From: Mantamonas sphyraenae STR306
Taxonomy: Eukaryota > Protista > CRuMs
Length of the DNA stretch: 64,000 nt
Assembly: GCA_026936335.1 (NCBI GenBank)
Contig: JAPMXV010000032.1
Location: 338,226-402,225 of the forward strand
Direction: 5' to 3'
Below the pieces are notes generated by a model. The model saw only the letters and a list, made by a program, of their open reading frames with translations. It made no database searches and had not been told where the DNA came from. Of the stretch, positions 11,404 through 20,621 are shown in pieces. How positions within the stretch are numbered: the first letter of the stretch is position 1; each line of letters begins with the position of its first letter. The position numbers were made by a program, and so were the translations under genes.

Positions 11404-13624
11404 ATGAACAAGGCGCTCCTTGCTGCGTTCTTGGCTCTGCTGTGTCTGATGGCTGGCGTGTGCGCGTCGCCTGCAGCTGTAAGTAGACACTCGTGTGGAT
11501 GGCGAGTGTGATAGAGACCCGTGGGACGCTGTGGAGCCCGGTTTGTGGAACAAAAGGGCCGGAGGTGGAAAAACGGCGCCGCAATCAGACTCGGGTCCGT
11601 CCCTCTCTGGGGCCGCCAGCACGTGCCACAGAGCCCAACGACACGCACTGACACATCATACGCATGGACACACACAGCAGCAAGCCGTGGATATCAACCA
11701 AGAGACGGCAGACTTTGAGTCTGATGACATGGCGTCTGCCGCAGAGGAGGAGAACGAGAACGACGAGGCGTCGGCTTCCGAGTCTGAGGAGGAGGCAGAG
11801 GCAGAGGAAGTGACGGACGAGGCACCTGCCACCGATGGGTGGGCGCAGGTGGTTGTTCCCATGCACGAGTTTGAGGAGCACGATCTGCGTGAGCTGCTGA
11901 TGGACGACGACGAGAACATGTTCTTCCGTCGTGTGTTCCGCGCTGTGGGTCGCTTTGTGGGCCGTGTGGCACGTGGCATTGGCAAGGGCATCAGCCGTGT
12001 TGCTCGTGCTGTGGGCAAGGGCATCAGCCGCGTGGCACGTGGTGTCGGCAAGGTGTTCAAGGGTGTTGCTCGCTTCGTGGGCAAGGCCATCTCTGCTGTG
12101 GGATCGTTCATCCAGAAGGTCGGTGCTGGCATTGGTTCGTTCATTGCCAAGATCGCCCCTGTGGTGATGAAGGTGCTGAACAGCCCGTTCTTCAAGATCG
12201 CTTCGATGGCCATCTCGTTCATTCCGGGTATCGGAACGGCGTTTGGCATGGTGAGCGGTGTGCTTGGCAAGCTGGGTGGCGTGGGTGGTCTGATTGGCAA
12301 CGTTGCGTCCAAGGGTCTGTCGTTCCTGAGCGGCATCACCAACGGCGGCGGTCTGCTCGGCAACCTCGCATCTGGTCTGAGCAAGGGACTGTCGTTCCTG
12401 AAGGGCACTGCTCTGAGCGGACTGACCAAGGTGTCTGGCTTCATTGGCAAGATCCAAGGATTTGCCAGCAAGTTTACGACGGGCAACCTGTTCAGCACGA
12501 TCAAGGGCTTCGTTTCGGAGCTGCCCATTGCGAAGCAGATCATGAACGGCCCTGTGGGTCAGCTGATTGCCAAGGGCAAGGCTCTGTTTGACAAGTTTGG
12601 CAACAACCCGATTGGTGCCGCTCTGAAGGACAAGTTCAACTCGATCAAGGATCAGCTTGTTGGCAAGCTCCAGGATAAGCTGCGTGGCATCAACCCGTTC
12701 GACAAGGTGGCCAACACCCTTGGTGGTATCCAGGACAAGCTGACGCGTATCATCGGTGGTGAGCGTGTCGGTCTCAACGACCTGCTTGGTTCTCTGCAGA
12801 ACAACGCTCAGGTCGAGGGCCAGATCCAGCGTGAGCTGGGTACTCAGGTGCTGACCCAGCGCCAGATTGACCAGCAGTTCATGGCTCTGCGTGACCAGTT
12901 TGAGCTGGAGGCATCGCAGATGCCTGGGTTCAAGTACTCGTGGCAGAAGGTTGTGGGTGCACCTGTGGCGATGGTTGAGAAGGCCCGCAAGGAGGTTGGT
13001 GACTTTGCCGCCGATGTGCTTGCGTTCAAGGGTCTGCGCACCAAGGCTCTGACCATCCTGAACCGCTACGGTAGCAAGACCACCGTGGCTGTGCTGGGCA
13101 ACGTGGGCCGCTACAGCCTGTCTGAGACGCTTGTGAACGCCATGCGCCGCTACACGGAGTATGGCAAGACGCTGTTTGGCAAGAGCTTTAACGCTGGCCT
13201 GAAGCTGAACCCGAGCGTTCGCAAGATTGTGACGGACGGCAAGGGTGCCATTGGCACGCTCAAGACTCTGATGGACGGCGGTGTGCAGAACTACAACGCC
13301 ATCAAGGGCATGTTTGACATGCAAAAGTCGGAGGACAACCTGCTGGCTCGTGCCAAGAAGCTGATCGGCGAGGAGGTGACCCTGAAGAACATGCCTGAGG
13401 TCGAGCGTCTGCTGCAGAAGAAGACCGAGCTGCTCAAGATGGACACCGCCGGCGATGTTGTCATCACTCTCGAAGAGATGAAGCAGCTGTACGCACGCCT
13501 GCAGCAGGCCGAGGACCAGGCCGCTGCCGCTGACGCAGCCAAGGCCAAGCCCAAGCCTACGCCCAAGCCGCGTCCCCCCACGCGCCGTCGTCGTCGTCGC
13601 CGTCGTCGCCGTCGCCGCTGGTGA
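11404..13624 (+). CDS. Unknown secreted prepro-protein, copy A (~673 aa): signal peptide, acidic pro-region, cationic amphipathic region, helical domain, Pro/Lys linker, Arg12-Trp tail. Exons 11404-11478, 11678-13624
   Basis: Exon 1 MNKALLAAFLALLCLMAGVCASPAA; 199-nt intron GTAAGT...CTGAC...CACACAG joins in frame to the long ORF; coding-like codon bias; a paralogue lies on the opposite strand. Confidence 0.88.
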
Positions 13625-13798
13625 TCAATTTGTTCATTCCCCGTGAGGTGAATGATTGTTGCCGTGGACGGCCTGCCAAGACCGTCTGTGACGCGTTGTT
13701 TGCCGCGCACAAGACAATGAAGAAATGGAAATCACTCGCAGACAACCAACCAACAAAATTGCTTGTAATTGAAACAGTCTTGGTGCAAACAGAACAGT

Positions 13799-16179
13799 TT
13801 ACTCAGACTCCTCGGAGCTGTCGTTGTCGCTCATGTCGCTCTCGCTGTCCTCGCTGTCCTCGACGCGTCCGTGCTGCATACCCATGAATCGAGCACGCGG
13901 GTGGACGTAGCCACCACGGCCCGTGTAGGGAGCACTCGGGTTGGTGTACCCACCACGACCCTGGAATTGGTAAGGAGCACGCGGGTTGACATAGCCGCCA
14001 CGACCCTGGTAAGGAGCACGCGGGGCAGGGGTGGGGCGAGCAGGAGCCTGCTCGGCAGCAGCAGCCTCTGCTTCTGCCTGGGTCAGGCGAGCATACAGCT
14101 CCTTGACCTCCTCCAGAGTGATCACAACGTCACCCTCGGTCTCCATCTCCAGCAGCTCGGTCTTCTGCTTGAGAAGGTTGATCACCTCGGGCATCGACGC
14201 CAGCTCGGCCTCCTCACCCAGCAGCGTCTTGGCACGGCTCAGCAGGTTGTCTTCGGTCTTCTGGACGTCAAACATACCCTTGATGGCGTTGTAGTTGTCC
14301 ACACCGCCGTCCATCAGAGTCTTGAGCGTGTCAATGGCACCCTTGCCGTCCGTCACAATGGAACGCACCTGCGGGTTCAGGGTCAGACCTGCGTTGAAGT
14401 TGCGACCAAACAGCTTCTTGCCATACTCCGTGTAACGGCGCATGGCGTTCACAAGCGTCTCGGACAGGCTGTAGCGGCCCACGTTGCCCAGCACGGCAAC
14501 CGTCGACCTGCTACCGTAGCGGTTCAGGATGGTCAAAGCCTTGGTACGCAGACCCTTGAACGCAAGCACATCGGCGGCAAAGTCACCAACCTCCTTGCGG
14601 GCCTTCTCGACCATCGCCACAGGCGCACCCACGACCTTCTGCCACGAGTACTTGAATCCAGGCATCTGCGATGCCTCCAGCTCAAACTGGTCACGCAGAG
14701 CCATGAACTGCTGGTCAATCTGGCGCTGGGTCAGCACTCAGTACCCAGCTCGCGCTGGATCTGGCCCTCGACCTCGGCGTTGTTCTGCAGAGAACTGAGG
14801 AGATCATCCAGACCGACACGCTCACCACCGATGATACGCGTCAGCTTGTCCTGGATACCACCAAGGGTGTTGGCCACGTCATCAAACGGGTTGATGCCAC
14901 GCAGCTTATCCTGGAGCTTGCAACAAGCTGATCCTTGATCGAGTTGAACTGATCCTTCAGAGCGGCACCAATCGGGTTGTTGCCAAACTTGTCAAACAGA
15001 GCCTTGCCCTTGGCAATCAGCTGACCCACAGGGCCGTTCATGATCTGCTTCGCAATGGGCAGCTCCGAAACGAAGCCCTTGATCGTGCTGAACAGGTTGC
15101 CCGTCGTAAACTTGCTGGCAAATCCTTGGATCTTGCCAATGAAGCCAGACACCTTGGTCAGTCCGCTCAGAGCAGTGCCCTTCAGGAACGACAGACCCTT
15201 GCTCAGACCAGATGCGAGGTTGCCGAGCAGACCGCCGCCGTTGGTGATGCCGCTCAGGAACGACAGACCCTTGGACGCAACGTTGCCAATCAGACCACCC
15301 ACGCCACCCAGCTTGCCAAGCACACCGCTCACCATGCCAAACGCCGTTCCGATACCCGGAATGAACGAAATGGCCATCGAGGCGATCTTGAAGAACGGGC
15401 TGTTCAGCACCTTCATCACCACAGGGGCGATCTTGGCAATGAACGAACCAATGCCAGCACCGACCTTCTGGATGAACGATCCCACAGCAGAGATGGCCTT
15501 GCCCACGAAGCGAGCAACACCCTTGAACACCTTGCCGACACCACGTGCCACGCGGCTGATGCCCTTGCCCACAGCACGAGCAACACTGCTGATGCCCTTG
15601 CCAATGCCACGTGCCACACGGCCCACGAAGCGACCCACAGCGCGGAACACACGACGGAAGAACATGTTCTCGTCGTCGTCCATCAGCAGCTCACGCAGAT
15701 CGTGCTCCTCAAACTCGTGCATGGGAACAACCACCTGCGCCCACCCATCGGTGGCAGGTGCCTCGTCCGTCACTTCCTCTGCCTCTGCCTCCTCCTCAGA
15801 CTCGGAAGCCGACGCCTCGTCGTTCTCGTTCTCCTCCTCTGCGGCAGACGCCATGTCATCAGACTCAAAGTCTGCCGTCTCTTGGTTGATATCCACGGCT
15901 TGCTGCTGTGTGTGTCCGTGCGTATGATGTGTCAGCGCGTGTCGTTGGGCTCTGTGGCACGTGCTGGCGGCCCCAGAGAGGGACGGACCCGAGTCTGATT
16001 GCGGCGCCGTTTTTCCACCTCCGGCCCTTTTGTTCCACAAACCGGGCTCCACAGCGTCCCACGGGTCTCTATCACATTCGCCATCCACACGAGTGTCTAC
16101 TTACAGCTGCAGGCGACGCGCACACGCCAGCCATCAGACACAGCAGAGCCAAGAACGCAGCAAGGAGAGCCTTGTTCAT
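13799..16179 (-). CDS. Unknown secreted prepro-protein, copy B: paralogue of copy A with PRAPYxGRGGY repeats and an acidic tail. Exons 16179-16105, 15905-13799; two single-base deletions near 14921 and 14738 (error or pseudogenisation)
   Basis: Near-identical to copy A from the ATG, including the 199-nt intron. ORFs 14841-16088 and 13799-14737 join if the two missing bases are restored. Confidence 0.8.
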
Positions 16180-16419
16180 GGTGGTGCGAAAGTTGCTTTT
16201 CTTTGGTTTGTGTGGTTCCGGAATCGCATGGTGTTGAGGTCCAGTCCACTGCATCCGTTTCTGCGATGTGTTCCTGCAGTCACGTAAATATTCTTCATTG
16301 CCCATTGCCAAAGTGAACCACACAAGCGATGCAGGTGCCGGCAAAAGGCGTGGTGTGGATGCGGATGGACGGAGCTGTGTCCGTGGCCCTGCAACCCGTT
16401 TGCACTGCCCTTTGTTGTC

Positions 16420-17739
16420 TTAGTTGGAGGAGGAGGAGGAGCAGTCATTGAGAGCCACACTGACGACAGCCTTCTGGTGGCCGGAGTAGGTGCGGATGCT
16501 CTGACCGGAGTTGACGTCCCAGAGCTTTGCCGTGGTGTCTGAGGAGGCAGTGACGAGATACGCGGAATCAGCGCTAAAGACACAGTCCCACACCCACTTC
16601 TTGTGTCCTGTAAGGGTCTTTTTCAGGGAGAAATCAGAGGTGTCCCAGATCTTTGTGGTGTGGTCGGCACTGGTGGTGGCCATGAGCTGTGTGTTGGGTG
16701 AGAGCACACACTTGGTAATGTATGTGTCATGTGCATCCACACTGGCACTGGCCTCCAGCAGAGAGTTGCTATCCTTGTCCGAGTTCATCTCCCACACGTA
16801 GCAGTCCCCCTTGTTGTTGGCAGCCACTGTCATCGAAGCATCCGACGCCACAGACACCGATCGGATGGGGGTGTCCTCATCGGGGGTCATTTGCATGGTG
16901 CACTCATTGCCAGCCAAGTCCCACACTCGCACTGCCCCTGTCTGGTCCCCAGAGATCAGTTCCCCCTGGTTTGGATGCAACACCACAGAGTTGACTGGTC
17001 CGTCGCAGTGCAAGTCCCTCTGGCAGCCGGGTGAACGAAGGTCCCAGATTTTGATGGTTCCATCCTCGCTGCCTGTGTACAGCCAGCGTCCGTCCTTCTG
17101 GAAACCCATGGCCACCACGTTGCCCGTGTGTCCGTCAATGCTGGTCATCTGCGTGTCCCGTATGTACGGTGGAGATGCGTGTGACGGGGTGAGTGAGTGT
17201 GTGCCCCAGTGTGTGTGCCCCTCTCTGTGTTGTGACACCACGTAGCCGCATAGGTTGGCGTGCAAATCCCCTCCCGCCCCACGGCAAAACCTACCGGCGA
17301 TGGATTGTTTGAGTTGATTTCAAACAGGCGCACCTGTGGATTGCCTGCAGCTGCCAAAAGACTCTTGTCTGGCGAAATCTCAAGCTTGTTGACTTGCTGT
17401 GGGCACACACACAGACACAAGCAGGGGTCAGAATCCCGTGTGCTTGCTTTCACTCACCTCTTCTCGCTCTCTCTCTCTCTTTTCTCTTGTGATGCCATCC
17501 CTCACATGGTTCTCCCCCTTCCCCTGTTCATCTGATTGGATGACCCATCGCCTCCCTCCCAACTGTGTGTGTACATCGATTTGCCCCCCCCCCCCTCGTC
17601 CACGTACCGAGTCAGAGTGCTGCAGTGTGCGGTAGGTAATCCCACCCGGTGCTTCCCAGAAGCGGATGGTGTGATCATACCCCGCTGTGGTGAGAATCAC
17701 CGACGGTGTCTTTACGTTGCCACTTGATGACTGACTCAT
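16420..17739 (-). CDS. LST8: Target of rapamycin complex subunit LST8 (WD40). Exons 17739-17608, 17396-17295, 17148-16420
   Basis: [17 protein letters not shown]...[28 protein letters not shown]; [17 protein letters not shown]; [15 protein letters not shown]; [20 protein letters not shown]; [15 protein letters not shown]. Confidence 0.96.
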
Positions 17740-17826
17740 GTGTTGATTCCCCCCGAAAAGAACCTTTTGTTTCGGGCAGCGGCGCGCAGGCGAGACAAAG
17801 CCAAACCTCAAACGAAACCGCCCCCC
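17740..17826. promoter_or_regulatory. Putative bidirectional promoter LST8 / NEMP-like gene (87 bp)
   Basis: Divergent ATGs; CCCGAAA...TTTCGGG inverted repeat. Confidence 0.5.
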
Positions 17827-19647
17827 ATGCTGCATCTTCGCACGCGTGTGCTGTCCCTTGCCGCTGTGTGCATCCTCCCCCTTCTTCTCCTTGTGTTTGT
17901 GCCCCTTTGTGTCCATGGGGCAACCGATGGGACGCGTGAGGAGCAGGCAGATGGCGCCGTTCCTGTCGACGACCCTCTGCAAGACATGAGAAGCAGCGGC
18001 ACCAGCCAGCCGGTAGCCACACCTGAACCCAGTGCTGCCTCTCCGGAGCACCCATGGACAGACATGTCCTTTGCACCAAAGACACAGTCCATTTGGTGCG
18101 TCCCCCACGCCCAAGCAGGCTCCTTTCTTCATCTCTACCGCGCGCGCGTTCAGATCCGTGCCGCAGACAACACCGCCGGCCTTTCCGTCGCCCTCGAGCC
18201 CAACCCCTTTGTACAAAGCGCATCCAGGTGAGTGTGTTCTGTTGGCCCTGTCCATGGCCCTCTGCATGCCTGTCTGTGTGCATCGCATTCATTCGTGGCC
18301 ATTGCCACTTGCTGCTCAAGTGTTTTCTCGTCCCTTCCCGCCCTGCACTTCCCCTTGCCCGCCCCCGTCCAGTTTGCGCCTGACTGACTGTTGGCCTTGT
18401 GTCTCCCGCCCTTCCCCGTACTCCTTGTCTCTACCCCTCTGTGACGAATGACCATGACGACAGTGTGCTGGACGAGAGTGGCAAGAACAGCGTGATCAAC
18501 GTCTCGCTGCCCCTGTTGCAGACACAACCCGACCCTACTTTGTGTCTGAGCATCTTCAACCATGCCCCCACGCGTACCTACGCCAGGGTTCGTGTGTGGT
18601 TGGAACCCTTGTACCGTATGTTGTGTGCACACTCCCCCCCTCCCCCTCTCACCGCTCTGGTGGCACCCCTATCGTGTTCATTCCAAGCTGACGATCATTG
18701 ACGTCACCCAATCCACCCCTCCCCCCCTTCACTGCCACTGGTCACACAGACAAGGAAATGGCCACGGTTATGTTGGCTGCTGCTGCTTTGGGTCTTGTCC
18801 AGCTCTCCATTTCCCTCATCCAAGTGTTGTTTGGTTCCTCTGCAAAGACGACGGTCAACGCAGCCGCTGCGGCCCAGGTGAGTCTCCTTTGCCTCTCCAA
18901 TCCAATCCAATCCACCCACCCATCATCATCATCATCGTGTCTTTTCACCCTACTCATCCTCCCATTGAACCATTGCAGAACGACGCACCTCGATTTGCGC
19001 GCAGGGTGTCCAACGACGAATATCGCATCCGTTCTCGCCACGTGACACAGCGTGAGCTGACCAAACTGCGTCAGACGGACGAATACCAGGCCATGGTAGC
19101 CCAGCGTGGCTCCGATCTGTCAAAGTGGAACTGGCAGATCCGCCAGCGTTTGTTTGGCCCAAACATCCAAACCGCAGGCCGACTCGTGCGCACAGTAGCC
19201 ACCCTCATCGATTGGATTAATATCTATGGCGCCGCCATGCTCATCAATGGTCTCTATTACGACCGGAATGAGGCTCTGAAACACTCTGTGCTCCAGCTGC
19301 TGCGCCAGCATCTGGCCGACGTTTGGGCAGACATGGAGCTGGCCATCCACTATGGCCTGCTTCTAGGCAGCATCATCCAGCTGTCCATCATTGCGTCTGG
19401 CCTGTGGAGTGGCCACACAATGGGGCGATCCCTCACCGGTCTGCAGCTCATGCTGCACGACCGTACGGATGACACACACAGCCATGTTGGACCCTTGCGC
19501 AACATCGTGCGCGAGGTCCTCAAACTGCTTCTGCTGCCGCTGGAGCTCATGTGGGCCATTGTGTCTGTCTGCATGACCAATGACGGCTCCACGCTCGTCG
19601 ACATGCTTTTGGGCACCCGCGTGGCATTTGTGACACGCCGGAGGTGA
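17827..19647 (+). CDS. Membrane protein with signal peptide, NEMP/TMEM194-like segments and a C-terminal RDD-like domain. Exons 17827-18227, 18464-18615, 18750-18877, 18979-19647
   Basis: Signal peptide [31 protein letters not shown]; three phase-compatible GT-AG introns; TM helix [22 protein letters not shown]; RDD-like [12 protein letters not shown]...[11 protein letters not shown]...IVRE...[10 protein letters not shown]. Confidence 0.65.
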
Positions 19648-19733
19648 AAACGAATGTACGATTTTTGATCCAAACACAAATCACAGCATACGCGATTTTA
19701 TACACATTTCGGTCTGAATCAAAATTACAACAC

Positions 19734-20462
19734 TCAAACAGTCTTGATCATGTTCTCGTTGCGCACCTCGTCCTCGATGGGCGCCTTGCCGTACCAAAAG
19801 TTGAGAGCTAGCTGGGCAGCCCCAGAGGCGATCGCTGCCAGCTGTGGAAGGAGCGTGTACAAGTCATCGGTGAGTACAGCATACGCGCCCCACAGCAACC
19901 CGGCCACCACGGACGCCATGGCAGGCAGGACTGGGATGGAGCGCGCAGAGCCCGTGCGCACAACCTCACGCATCTTGGTGAGGGGTGCAGCCAGTTGGGC
20001 AATGTTGACGAGGACACACAGCCTGCCCAGGGTCTGCAGGCGAGTGCGGGAGTCGGCCAGGAAGTGGAACCAAAAGTAGACGAGTTCAACAAAGGCCAGC
20101 ATGAGGGCGAGGCTGTTTGTGACGTGGCGACGGCGAGACAGCTCCTGCTGAACGTAGCGGAAGCAGTAGGCAAAGTAGATGGCCAGGATGGACTGGAAGG
20201 CGGTGACGAGAAAGGGCATGCTGGACACGCCCGAGAGGACAAAGTAGTACAGGAGGAGAAGGAGGTAGTTGAGGAGCATGGTAAACACAGAGGCAAAGGC
20301 AAGTTCACGCGTGTCCTTCTTCAGCTCCACCATGCGTTGGATAATGGGCCACGGCGCAAGAATCATAAACACGGAGCTGGCGGTGCAAGCCAGCGCCAAA
20401 CTCGACCTGACCACCTCCAACGACATGGAGTCTGGCTGGCCGTTGAAGAGGGTGTTGGACAT
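19734..20462 (-). CDS. SWEET / MtN3-saliva family sugar transporter (intronless, ~242 aa)
   Basis: Two MtN3-like repeats: FMILAPWPIIQRMV..KDT and QLAAPLTKMREVVRTGSARSIPVLPA...LWGAYAVLTDDLYTLLPQ...QLALNFWY; about 7 hydrophobic helices. Confidence 0.88.
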   Translation of the reverse strand: MSNTLFNGQPDSMSLEVVRSSLALACTASSVFMILAPWPIIQRMVELKKDTRELAFASVFTMLLNYLLLLLYYFVLSGVSSMPFLVTAFQSILAIYFAYCFRYVQQELSRRRHVTNSLALMLAFVELVYFWFHFLADSRTRLQTLGRLCVLVNIAQLAAPLTKMREVVRTGSARSIPVLPAMASVVAGLLWGAYAVLTDDLYTLLPQLAAIASGAAQLALNFWYGKAPIEDEVRNENMIKTV

Positions 20463-20621
20463 GGAGACAGTGTGTGTGTGTGTGTGTGTGTATGTGTGTG
20501 TGCGGTGTGTGCGGTGTGTGTGGACACTGGGCCAGTGTGTCGCAAATTTGGGTTGTCGTTTGCGGAGACGCCACCCCACACAACCACACACCCACACACC
20601 CACCCACGCACAAGAACAAGG
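20463..20621. promoter_or_regulatory. Putative bidirectional promoter SWEET / coiled-coil gene (159 bp)
   Basis: Divergent ATGs; GT-rich left half, CA-rich right half, with central dyads ACACTGG-G-CCAGTGT and CGCAAA...TTTGCG. Confidence 0.5.

Larger units (their letters stand above)
11404..16179. repeat. Inverted repeat: arms ~11404-13513 and ~14072-16179 (~2.1 kb each), with a ~560-bp unique spacer
   Basis: Direct reverse-complement comparison; mirrored ORFs in the track (11656-12543 vs 15040-15927; 11495 vs 16088). Confidence 0.95.

Noticed and set aside
14730-14925. Copy B as a pseudogene
   Set aside because: The two 1-bp losses are in GG dinucleotides, and the downstream frame is intact with mostly conservative changes and an organised tail. 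Error is favoured but not proven.
11404-16179. Inverted repeat as a fold-back read artefact
   Set aside because: The arms differ by synonymous and conservative substitutions and have distinct coherent C-termini and distinct flanks, which an artefact would not create.
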